IMG/VR virus record: IMGVR_UViG_3300031857_000005
Span: 124,001 to 188,000 of that record
Strand: one strand, 5' to 3'
Length of the DNA stretch: 64,000 nucleotides
The notes beneath the pieces were generated by a model. It saw only the letters and a program-made list of their open reading frames with translations, did no database searches and was not told where the DNA came from. This document shows positions 40,634-49,378 of this stretch, piece after piece. The position numbers were made by a program, and so were the translations under genes. Positions within the stretch are counted from its first letter, which is position 1, and each line of letters starts with the position of its first letter.

Positions 40634-41218
40634 TTAAAACCATTGATGTAGATTAATTCCTAAAGAAGTGATTTGATTTACTAATTCATTTTTAGTTTGT
40701 TCATTTTCTTTTGGCATAAATCTTTCGTGAAACTCAACATAAAGTTCATTAATTTTTTTTATAGAACCTTTCTCCAGTAAGTCTCTAAGAACTGCAAATT
40801 CACTCCCCTCAATATCCATTTTACAAACAATATAATCATCATCATTATACTGTTGGAGAAAGTTACTTAATGAAATTGATTCTACCTCAACCTTTGTTTC
40901 ATATCCTGGATGAATAAATCCAATATTGTCAATTGACGACCCCCAACCATCAACATCTGATTGTCCATCGTGAGGTGAACCTGAACGACTTTTTCTGTGG
41001 TTTTCTTGGTTAAAAAATACTGTTCCATCCTCAATCCACACCGCTTTTTGATGTGGTGTAACATTGTACGGAATTTGTTTTATTCTTTCAATAATGTTAC
41101 AAGCTGGATTAGCTTCAAATGTGTGAATTTCAAAATCTTCAGTTACAATTTTTTTACCTATAAAATCTTTTAACCCCTCACATAAATGTGTTCCGCAATC
41201 TAAAAATACTTTTTTCAT
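40634..41218 (-). CDS. FkbM family methyltransferase
   Basis: FLDCGTHLCEG, TFEANP, CKMDIEGSEF, YVEFH. Confidence 0.85.
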   Translation of the reverse strand: MKKVFLDCGTHLCEGLKDFIGKKIVTEDFEIHTFEANPACNIIERIKQIPYNVTPHQKAVWIEDGTVFFNQENHRKSRSGSPHDGQSDVDGWGSSIDNIGFIHPGYETKVEVESISLSNFLQQYNDDDYIVCKMDIEGSEFAVLRDLLEKGSIKKINELYVEFHERFMPKENEQTKNELVNQITSLGINLHQWF

Positions 41219-41250
41219 ATTTTATTTTATTTTATTTTATTTAATATTAT

Positions 41251-41898
41251 CTACACTAATTTTGAGTGTTCTGGATAAATCATATCATCGTTCTCATTAA
41301 ATGCTTGACCAACAAATCTATTATTTTCTCTTTTAGATGGAAATGGTTTATTATTAAAAAACTCATCATGAACCACACAATTATCTTTAATTAACGGGTA
41401 AATAATATCTTTAAGAAAAAATTGATCTACTTGCCAAAAATTACCCTTAACATACTCATCAATTTTTGTTTTCATATTATGTATTGTTCCTTTTTTTGAT
41501 CCCCACATTCCACCAAGTATTTCTATGTTATGATACGGGTGATCTTTCATAATATGAAATCCTTTATCAGACTCTAACCATTCATCAACGGCATTTTTTT
41601 CTCTTTCATTTAATCTTGAGTCACAATCTCTAACAATTACAACATCAACATCATCTTCACTTGATGGGTAAAACCTCCAGAACATTCCTGTCCAATCACC
41701 ATCAGTGTCCATTAAAATAATTTCGGTGTTATCAAAACTATTTAATTTTTCTATAATTTCTGTCGGAACACTTTTTCCAACATAATATCTACATATCCAA
41801 TCAGGATAAATAGTTTTAGCAAGTTCAGAATTTTTAATCGCACCAATATTATATATTGGATTTGTTCCCCATAAACTAAAAGATATTATTTTTTTCAT
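41251..41898 (-). CDS. Glycosyltransferase-like protein
   Basis: ISFSLWG, MFWRF, VRDCDSR (DxD), ILGGMWG, DQFFL. Confidence 0.6.
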   Translation of the reverse strand: MKKIISFSLWGTNPIYNIGAIKNSELAKTIYPDWICRYYVGKSVPTEIIEKLNSFDNTEIILMDTDGDWTGMFWRFYPSSEDDVDVVIVRDCDSRLNEREKNAVDEWLESDKGFHIMKDHPYHNIEILGGMWGSKKGTIHNMKTKIDEYVKGNFWQVDQFFLKDIIYPLIKDNCVVHDEFFNNKPFPSKRENNRFVGQAFNENDDMIYPEHSKLV

Positions 41899-42557
41899 AA
41901 ACCAAAATTTTTTTCTTTTCGTTTAATATAAACATTTCTATCAATAGTGTCAAACTTTACATTATCAATATGAACAAAATCTCTTTTACCAAATCCAGCG
42001 TCAGGATGTTCATGTCTAATAATTATATCATTAAAATATGTTTGTTTGTTTAATAAGTTTGCAACATCCATAAATTCATTATCCGCCCATAACGATGTGT
42101 AGTCAGGATGATAAATATAATTAAATCTTTCGTAATATTTTTTACCTAAGATACATAAAGTATTCAACCTATTACCTTGATTTCCATCGTTAAACCATAA
42201 AACCCCGTCAGTGTTAGGATATAGTTCAGTCATTTTATTTCTGATTATATTATCATACCCTTTAACTTTTGGTATCATGTCATCAGAGGCAATTAAAATA
42301 ATATCCCAATCACCAATTGTTATATCTCTATTAACCGCATTTATTTTATTTTTACTAAAACCAAGATTGTACTTTAAATTTTTATAAGTTTTTAATTTTT
42401 CTAAAACATTATGATTGTTCATAGACTCGTCGTCTGTATCTATTGTAATTTGAAACTCAACATTATCAATGTTTTCCGCTAATTGGTAATATATGTCTAA
42501 AACGTTAAAAAATTTATCTCTCCTACCTCTTGTTGGGAATTTAATTAGTATTTTCAT
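41895..42557 (-). CDS. GT2-like glycosyltransferase
   Basis: IKFPTRGR, NKINAVNR, IASDDMIP, WADNEF. Confidence 0.7.
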   Translation of the reverse strand: MKILIKFPTRGRRDKFFNVLDIYYQLAENIDNVEFQITIDTDDESMNNHNVLEKLKTYKNLKYNLGFSKNKINAVNRDITIGDWDIILIASDDMIPKVKGYDNIIRNKMTELYPNTDGVLWFNDGNQGNRLNTLCILGKKYYERFNYIYHPDYTSLWADNEFMDVANLLNKQTYFNDIIIRHEHPDAGFGKRDFVHIDNVKFDTIDRNVYIKRKEKNFGL

Positions 42558-43935
42558 TTTTAAAAATATTATTTTTATTCATTATATAATTATATAATTC
42601 TTGTGTGTTTTTATTTGCCTCAGTAGATACGGTACCATCTTTCTCATGGTGAAAATATGTGAATAGAGGTTTTGGTATTCTTTTACCAACAAAACCATTG
42701 TTCATCATTCTAACCCATAAATCATAATCTTCCCATCCTTTCATTTCTTCGTCATATCCTCCACAAATATCAAATGATTCTCTTGTAAACATTGAACAAT
42801 TCACAATGAATGGTCCTTGTATCAATCTTTCTTTTGTCCATTCAGGACGATTCTCAATTCCACTCATTTGTCCAATGTGATTAGTATCGCAATATACGGG
42901 ACTGATATTGTTATCTTTTTTAATAATATTCACACAAGTTTGAATATATTCTGATGAAATCATGTCGTCAGAATCTAAAGGTAAGATATAAACACCGTTT
43001 GAGTTTTTTATTCCGTTATTTCTGGCATTTGCCGGACCTCCATTTTCTTGATTAATAATTTTAATATTTGGATGATTGGATAATGAACTCAATTTATTTA
43101 AGACGTATTCATCCGTGGATCCATCATTAACAATAATCAACTCAAAATTTTTGTATGTGGAATTAAAAACGGACTCAATTGATTTATGAAACATTTTACC
43201 ATAATTATGAACCGGCATAATTACCGAGACTAAAGGTAAATTTTTATTTGGGTTTAATACTGGTAAGTTGTTCTCTAAAATGTTAGGTAGATGAGGTTTG
43301 TAATTTTCAATAAAAACTTTCCTATTTTTATCCCATTGTTCATTTGTCATGCCAATTGATAAATGAGTTATTGGAATATTGGAAACTACCCCAACCTTAA
43401 CACCGTTAATATGGTTCTCAAATGAAAATGTTGTATCATAAAAATGGAAACCTTCAACTGATTCATTAAATGGTTTAACAATTGTTTTTTTATTTATCAT
43501 CATAAATACACCATCAATAATTACGGTGTCGATGATTTTACCCCCAAAAGGTTCATTATAGGATGAAAGCCATTTTTTACCATTATGTTGATGATAAACT
43601 TGTCCTACCATTTCTGAACTAATCTCCCACCACATACCTGACGAAGGGTAGTATCTTGTTCCTGCAACACCCAATATCCCAAATTCAGGTTTCTTGGTAA
43701 AATGTTCTATAACTCTTTTAGCCCAATACCCCTTTTCAAAAATGATATCATCATGACATAAAACAACGATATCATTTAGACTTTCGGATAAAATTTCATT
43801 ATAAACTACTGACAATGATTTTTCACCATTATTAATTTTCTCAATGATTTGTACATCATTAATCCCACAAGTTTCCTTAATATGTTCAATAAACTTTGGT
43901 TTTGTTGATTTTGTACTATACCCAATTGTAATCAT
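42541..43935 (-). CDS. Two-domain glycosyltransferase (N-terminal GT-A plus C-terminal GT2)
   Basis: VLCHDDI, FHFYDTTFS; LVSVIMPVHN, IIVNDGSTD, GPANARNNG, LDSDD, EDYDLW. Confidence 0.88.
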   Translation of the reverse strand: MITIGYSTKSTKPKFIEHIKETCGINDVQIIEKINNGEKSLSVVYNEILSESLNDIVVLCHDDIIFEKGYWAKRVIEHFTKKPEFGILGVAGTRYYPSSGMWWEISSEMVGQVYHQHNGKKWLSSYNEPFGGKIIDTVIIDGVFMMINKKTIVKPFNESVEGFHFYDTTFSFENHINGVKVGVVSNIPITHLSIGMTNEQWDKNRKVFIENYKPHLPNILENNLPVLNPNKNLPLVSVIMPVHNYGKMFHKSIESVFNSTYKNFELIIVNDGSTDEYVLNKLSSLSNHPNIKIINQENGGPANARNNGIKNSNGVYILPLDSDDMISSEYIQTCVNIIKKDNNISPVYCDTNHIGQMSGIENRPEWTKERLIQGPFIVNCSMFTRESFDICGGYDEEMKGWEDYDLWVRMMNNGFVGKRIPKPLFTYFHHEKDGTVSTEANKNTQELYNYIMNKNNIFKNENTN

Positions 43936-44546
43936 ATCCCCGTACTTCCGAAACCATTTGAGTTTCTATCTTTATTGTTTATATTATCTACTTTGTTAAA
44001 CTTTATCCATTTACCACACGCTACAGGAGAAAAAACGGCTTGAGCAATTTTTTGTCCTTTTTTGATTGTTGTTGGTAAATTATTTGCGTTAAAAATAATA
44101 ACCTGTATTTCTCCCGTGTATCCTTGATCAACAGTTCCTGGCGAGTTCAATACCATAATACCATCTTTAAGTGCTAACCCACTCTTTGATCTTACTTGAA
44201 GTTCGTACTGTTCAGGAATATCAATATGTAATCCTGTTGGCACTAACTTCCTACCAAACGGAGGAACTTCAATCTCCTCAGTTGAGTATAAATCAAAACC
44301 AGAATCTGTAAAATATGCGTATTGAGGATCAACTGAATCGGGACGACTAAAAGAATAATTCACATTAATCTTTTGTTCGTATCTTTCCATATCTCTCTCT
44401 AACTCGGCAATATCAATTCCAAACTCATCAATAATTGCTTGATAATTCGGTTCTTCATCTCCAAATACTTCATCAAGTTCTTGGAGTTGTTTTAATAAAT
44501 CCTCAAGACTTTCCTCATCGTTATTATCACCTAATGTAAAACTCAT
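43932..44546 (-). CDS. dut: Trimeric dUTPase with acidic N-terminal extension
   Basis: DSGFDL, VRSKSGL, NSPGTVDQGYTGEI, KIAQAV, RNSNGFGSTG. Confidence 0.95.
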   Translation of the reverse strand: MSFTLGDNNDEESLEDLLKQLQELDEVFGDEEPNYQAIIDEFGIDIAELERDMERYEQKINVNYSFSRPDSVDPQYAYFTDSGFDLYSTEEIEVPPFGRKLVPTGLHIDIPEQYELQVRSKSGLALKDGIMVLNSPGTVDQGYTGEIQVIIFNANNLPTTIKKGQKIAQAVFSPVACGKWIKFNKVDNINNKDRNSNGFGSTGI

Positions 44547-45244
44547 TTTAATTCTTTTAATTTTTTAATTGCGTCAACTAAAACAACAACATCCTTTTCA
44601 CAATATTCAGATATTTCTTTTAATTTTTGTTCTTCCCAATAAGCACTATGAACTTTATCTCCAGTTACTTCCCCATCTTTTGGTGTTGGTATATCAAGAC
44701 AAGAACACATCAAATCTAATGAACCAATTGATGTATAAGCTCCGTATTGCCAAATTTCTTTGGTATCAATGGCTTTAACTTCCCAAGGTTTTGTATCATA
44801 TGAAGGAAGAAGTTTTGATGGCATAATACCATTAATAATCATTCTTTTTGCCATCATAGGAATATCAAAATTCTTTAAATTATGCCCACAAAGATAAAAA
44901 TCTAATTTTTGACATCTGTCTAAAAGATTTCTTACTTGAAGTAGTAATTCTTTTTCATCGTCTCCTGAAAATGTTTGTTTTTTTATGTCTCCGTTATCCA
45001 TAACAAATGCCATAGACACACAAACAATTTTTGCAAATTCAGGAACAAGAGCTGCTCGTTTTTTAAACACCTCATCCTTAGTTAATCCATTATCTTCAGG
45101 AAACCTTTTTTGAAACCAATCAAAATATTTGTCAAACTGATTTGCAATACTTGGACTAAATCTTTCACAAGATTCATAATCAGGACATCCACCAACCGTT
45201 TCAATATCCAAGAATAAAATTTTTGTAATAGGAATATTAATCAT
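44543..45244 (-). CDS. PolB-like 3'-5' exonuclease (DEDDy)
   Basis: LFLDIETV, GHNLKNFDIP, YCEKDV. Confidence 0.88.
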   Translation of the reverse strand: MINIPITKILFLDIETVGGCPDYESCERFSPSIANQFDKYFDWFQKRFPEDNGLTKDEVFKKRAALVPEFAKIVCVSMAFVMDNGDIKKQTFSGDDEKELLLQVRNLLDRCQKLDFYLCGHNLKNFDIPMMAKRMIINGIMPSKLLPSYDTKPWEVKAIDTKEIWQYGAYTSIGSLDLMCSCLDIPTPKDGEVTGDKVHSAYWEEQKLKEISEYCEKDVVVLVDAIKKLKELK

Positions 45245-45247
45245 AAA

Positions 45248-46465
45248 TTATTTAATTAAAGATTTGTAAAATTCTGCTCGTGTTTTTGTTACATTTTTAA
45301 GATCATATCTATCTTTAACAGTTTCATATAATCTTTCACCCATATCAACAACCATATTTGGGTTGTCAACCAATTTTTTAACATATTTTGCCCAATCTCC
45401 ATGATTTCTATTTTTATCCACTAATAAAGCGTTACCATCAGTAAAATTACCATTATTAAGTGAATGTTTTAAATCAATGGTATAAGGTCCAACATTAGAT
45501 GCGATTAATGCTTTTTTATAGAATCCAGCTTCAATAACCTTAAGTTGTGACTTCATTCGGTTAAATACATGATCAACAATTGGTGCCAATGAAATATCAA
45601 ACTTAGAGTAGTTCTTGGCATATGATGTGGTAGGTTTTGTCCAAACCCTTACATAGTTTTCATTTTCCCAACCAAAATATTCTTCATCGTTAAATTTATC
45701 CAAAAATGTTTTATAGTTTGGTGTAATGATTTTATAATTGTTAGTAAATATACTCTCATATTTAACCCAAACAGTTTCTTCAGGTCTAATTGGTCTTCTT
45801 GTCTCTTGTCCTGTCTGTTTGTTTATTTCAGTCACAGTTCCTCTTGTATCAAAACCACAAACATAATATTGTAATTTATCTTGGATTGGTTTTAACTTTG
45901 ACACCATTCCATCTAAAAGTTTTAAATCGTGAAGGTGAGATGATCCCCCTAACCAACCAACTCTAATTTTTTCTGATGGTAATGTTGGTTGATTAAATTG
46001 TTCTTCGTTTGGATTAATTGCATTTGGTAAAACAAGAACATTTTTATTAAATTTTCTTATTTCATCGGCGAATAATTCTGTCGTTGTTGTGACATACGAA
46101 CAAACTTTCATGTTTGCCGTTATCTTTTCGTGTATTTTATTTGTTACAATTAATTGATGTATTGGGTGTTCCTTTGTTGGTAACCAATAATCATCAATAT
46201 CCATAATAACAACAATACCATTTGATTTTAATTTTTCTATTAATGATGGAGTTTCTTCATAGTTATTCCCAATATTTCTATGGAAATGAACAATTTGATA
46301 CTGACCCCAATATTTGTCATCATCAACTTTTGGTTGGAAGTCTATGTCAACATGAAAATCATCAGAATATAAATTTTGTAACATTACATGGGGGTCAACG
46401 GATCTGTACTTACCAACACCTGAACCATCAGATGGGAGTACTAATACTTTAATTTTTTCTTTCAT
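45248..46465 (-). CDS. Glycosyltransferase, GT4/GT1-like (GT-B)
   Basis: DIDDYW, VLPNAI, VGWLGGSSH, DISLAP, KSQLKVIEAG...ASNVGPY. Confidence 0.85.
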   Translation of the reverse strand: MKEKIKVLVLPSDGSGVGKYRSVDPHVMLQNLYSDDFHVDIDFQPKVDDDKYWGQYQIVHFHRNIGNNYEETPSLIEKLKSNGIVVIMDIDDYWLPTKEHPIHQLIVTNKIHEKITANMKVCSYVTTTTELFADEIRKFNKNVLVLPNAINPNEEQFNQPTLPSEKIRVGWLGGSSHLHDLKLLDGMVSKLKPIQDKLQYYVCGFDTRGTVTEINKQTGQETRRPIRPEETVWVKYESIFTNNYKIITPNYKTFLDKFNDEEYFGWENENYVRVWTKPTTSYAKNYSKFDISLAPIVDHVFNRMKSQLKVIEAGFYKKALIASNVGPYTIDLKHSLNNGNFTDGNALLVDKNRNHGDWAKYVKKLVDNPNMVVDMGERLYETVKDRYDLKNVTKTRAEFYKSLIK

Positions 46466-46523
46466 AAATTAGTTATATAATAATCCAATTATAATCATTA
46501 ATTTATGATATATCAATAAATAA

Positions 46524-46560
46524 AAAACAAAAAACCCCCACTTTTGGTGGAGGTTTAGCC
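46524..46560 (-). terminator. Intrinsic terminator separating the upstream genes from the glycan operon
   Basis: Minus strand: aaacctccac-caaaa-gtggggttt followed by T-rich tract. Confidence 0.6.
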
Positions 46561-46588
46561 GATGTAATAAAATACAAAGGGGTGCGTG

Positions 46589-47185
46589 TTATTCTGATAT
46601 TTTTCTAATTTTAGTTACTCTACCCTCAAAAAGATGTTGACCAACTCTAAATTTAAATTGTTCATTTGATTTTTTTGTTGACTCAACTAACAAACCATTT
46701 TCTTTCAAAACATCCTCAACAGTTTCTCTAACGATAGTTTTAATATCACTTGCGGATATACCAATTGATTGTGGTTGGGGATTACTAACTCTTTGTTTAG
46801 TTTCATTAATTACTTCACCTTTTGCGTTTGTGTTCATTAATCTTGATGCCTTCTCAACTAAATCATTAGATAATGATGGTCCTCCCATATTAGATGGTTG
46901 ATTAATTGGATGTTCCATCATTAATCTTTTAATCTCATCAGGTAATTTTGAATTTGCTATTCTATCTACTGTAGGTACCTCAGTGTTATACGATTTTGGG
47001 ATTGACTCCTCACTTAATAAATTTTGTGGTAAGTTATAACTGGCATTAACAGGTTGAAATTCTTCTACCATTGGAGAGTTAAATGCTTCAGGATTATTAA
47101 TCCCATTACGACCCATTGTGTCGTGTCTCTCCATTATTTTTTTTGATATCATTAATTTATTTATCAAATCTTGTTCTGCTGACAT
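46589..47185 (-). CDS. Hypothetical protein
   Basis: ORF track; C-terminal IVRETVEDVLKENGLLVES. Confidence 0.7.
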   Translation of the reverse strand: MSAEQDLINKLMISKKIMERHDTMGRNGINNPEAFNSPMVEEFQPVNASYNLPQNLLSEESIPKSYNTEVPTVDRIANSKLPDEIKRLMMEHPINQPSNMGGPSLSNDLVEKASRLMNTNAKGEVINETKQRVSNPQPQSIGISASDIKTIVRETVEDVLKENGLLVESTKKSNEQFKFRVGQHLFEGRVTKIRKISE

Positions 47186-47186
47186 A

Positions 47187-47591
47187 TTATACTAAATTTT
47201 CTTGGTTATTATCAAATACTGCATTTATCACAACGCTTGTCATACTTTTATCACCATTTGGGTTATATCCAGGTTTTGGTTCATTAAATGTTTCTGCCGT
47301 AGGTCTGAATGACACTATCTTGTCAACCCTAAACATTCTCCAACTTGGTAATGGTTTTTTTCCTAAATACGCCTTATGAGACGCCCCCTCTAAATCCCAA
47401 GCTCGTAACACAGGATTTCCTGCCTTACTATACCCAAAACAAACAGGTTCTATTGTTCTTAAACCATTTCCACCTGGTTCATCACCTTGGTAATAAATCA
47501 CAACTTTTTGTCGTTTCTTAATTGCATCAACGATTGACTCAATAGATGCTACCTCAAGAATAAGACTTTTTAATGTGTTGTAAAGTTTCAT
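47187..47591 (-). CDS. Stand-alone WYL-domain protein
   Basis: KVVIYYQG...RTIEPVCFG...VLRAWD...WRMFRVDKI. Confidence 0.8.
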   Translation of the reverse strand: MKLYNTLKSLILEVASIESIVDAIKKRQKVVIYYQGDEPGGNGLRTIEPVCFGYSKAGNPVLRAWDLEGASHKAYLGKKPLPSWRMFRVDKIVSFRPTAETFNEPKPGYNPNGDKSMTSVVINAVFDNNQENLV

Positions 47592-47878
47592 TAAACTGAT
47601 GGAGTGGTATATGGTTTATCGTATTGATATTCATTAATTTTTATTTCATTTTTTCTTTCTAAAATATCAACTGAAGAACCACCATTAACAGTATCCAAAA
47701 ATGATCCAGTACCTTTACCCAATTCATCCCCATCAGACAACGCATCTTTATTTGTTGCCGAATATTGGTTAACAGGTTTGTAATCGTTTTTTGGGATTAA
47801 CTTTTGTCTTTGTTGTTCACCTACTTGACCTAACTCATTCAGAGGTTGATCAAAATTCAATCTTTCACTAATTGCCAT
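47591..47878 (-). CDS. Hypothetical protein
   Basis: ORF track. Confidence 0.7.
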   Translation of the reverse strand: MAISERLNFDQPLNELGQVGEQQRQKLIPKNDYKPVNQYSATNKDALSDGDELGKGTGSFLDTVNGGSSVDILERKNEIKINEYQYDKPYTTPSV

Positions 47879-47879
47879 T

Positions 47880-48347
47880 TTAAATTATTTTTTTTATTAA
47901 ATCATTTATCCTTTTAAGGTTTTCTGTGATTTTTATATCATCATTATAATCTTTGTGACTTTTTACGTCTCTATTCATATTTGATAACCATCCCATGTCA
48001 TCAATTAATTCGTCAGTAATGTCATCAGGCATTACATCACTTACCGCTTGATTTGTATGAGTTCCGTTTCTCATTCCATCAATTGTTGTTGTTACCCAAT
48101 TATTCATATAATCACCACCATTTAAAATATATGGTGCATCTTCTTTATTACCGTCAAAATATTTAAACCAATTTTGAATTCTTTCTAACTGCTGAAATGT
48201 TACTTGTCCATTATCTCTTAAGAACATATTTCTTTTGTGTCCCTCAACAGTTGCATCAGAATTTGGTACTTGATCAAAACATTGTTGTAAGTACTGTGTA
48301 AGTTCTTTAGGTAATACTACTACCTGTCCGTATAATTCTTTATTCAC
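47880..48347 (-). CDS. Hypothetical protein
   Basis: ORF track. Confidence 0.7.
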   Translation of the reverse strand: MNKELYGQVVVLPKELTQYLQQCFDQVPNSDATVEGHKRNMFLRDNGQVTFQQLERIQNWFKYFDGNKEDAPYILNGGDYMNNWVTTTIDGMRNGTHTNQAVSDVMPDDITDELIDDMGWLSNMNRDVKSHKDYNDDIKITENLKRINDLIKKII

Positions 48348-49326
48348 CTGTTTTGAGTATTTTGATTAAATTGTTTATACTTATCCCTTCTTTTTCCGCA
48401 ATCTTTTTAATTGATTGTAAATTCCTTGTTAATATTTTATTAACTGGTGTATCGTCAATTTCGGAATCTTTCTTAACAACATCTCCTGATTTATTTTTTT
48501 TATTAAGAATAATTTCGTCAATCATCCTCACCATTTTTTCTTTTTCAATTTCTGATAATCTTTTTTTAGTAAAACAATTTTTACATTCACCTTGTTTTTT
48601 TTCTCGTTTTAATTGTTTGTCTAAACTCTTATCAAATCCAAATACCTTACATCTTTCATCTCTCTCAAATAAATCTTCAATACCCAACTTTTCCATAGTT
48701 TCCATACATTCTTTATATGTCTTATCATTTTTGGTTTCTTCATCACCAAACGCGCCAGACATATCTATTTCATCAAGTATATTTTCGTCATCATTTTCAA
48801 TTGATTCACCATAATAAACTCTATAACCACGAACAACAGGATTGTTTGTTTGTCTTGTTGTTATCACAGTTTGATCCATTGTTTTTCTTGGATGCATTCC
48901 TTGATCTAACATTGGTATATTTGAACCTGCAAAAGTACCGTCAGAAGCAACAAACTCAGTCATTTCACCATCAGTTTCTTCATCTTTGTTTTCTTTGTAT
49001 TTTTCAGGAATTTTAGTGTTTAATTTCATTCCTAATTTTTGTCCAAGTTTAATAATGAATGGAGTTGCAATTGTACTTCCTGGTATAATTTGTAATGCAA
49101 TTAACGGTATTAATTTTAATAAATCGGCAGATTGATCTTTAATGAATTCCTTTTCATCTTTAGGTAATTCAAAATCTTTATTTTTTAAATATTCTTTTGC
49201 TGAAGACATAAGAATTTTAACAAGGACTCTTGTTTGTTTTGCCTCATTAGATGCAACTTCTTTGTATTTCTTCAAATCAGAATATACTTTGTCTACAGTT
49301 TTATTTTTTGCCTCTTTAAAAGTCAT
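48340..49326 (-). CDS. Hypothetical protein with N-terminal hydrophobic hairpin
   Basis: ORF track; LLKLIPLIALQIIPGSTIATPFII. Confidence 0.7.
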   Translation of the reverse strand: MTFKEAKNKTVDKVYSDLKKYKEVASNEAKQTRVLVKILMSSAKEYLKNKDFELPKDEKEFIKDQSADLLKLIPLIALQIIPGSTIATPFIIKLGQKLGMKLNTKIPEKYKENKDEETDGEMTEFVASDGTFAGSNIPMLDQGMHPRKTMDQTVITTRQTNNPVVRGYRVYYGESIENDDENILDEIDMSGAFGDEETKNDKTYKECMETMEKLGIEDLFERDERCKVFGFDKSLDKQLKREKKQGECKNCFTKKRLSEIEKEKMVRMIDEIILNKKNKSGDVVKKDSEIDDTPVNKILTRNLQSIKKIAEKEGISINNLIKILKTGE

Positions 49327-49340
49327 AGGTATTTTTTACA

Positions 49341-49367
49341 ATAAATACTTTGATTTGTGGTATTTAT
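49341..49367. promoter_or_regulatory. Back-to-back pair of TATTTAT late-promoter-like motifs at a divergence point
   Basis: ATAAATA at 49341-49347 (14 nt before minus-strand start 49326) and TATTTAT at 49361-49367 (11 nt before plus-strand start 49379). Confidence 0.7.
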
Positions 49368-49378
49368 TTAGAAAAAAG

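Noticed and set aside
48900-49326. LETM1-like domain in the 328-aa protein
   Set aside because: Only a short hydrophobic IIPG hairpin resembles it, which is too weak to call without a profile search.
49142-49378. N-terminal extension of the 818-aa ORF
   Set aside because: It overlaps the opposite-strand gene; the ATG at 49379 has the TATTTAT motif.
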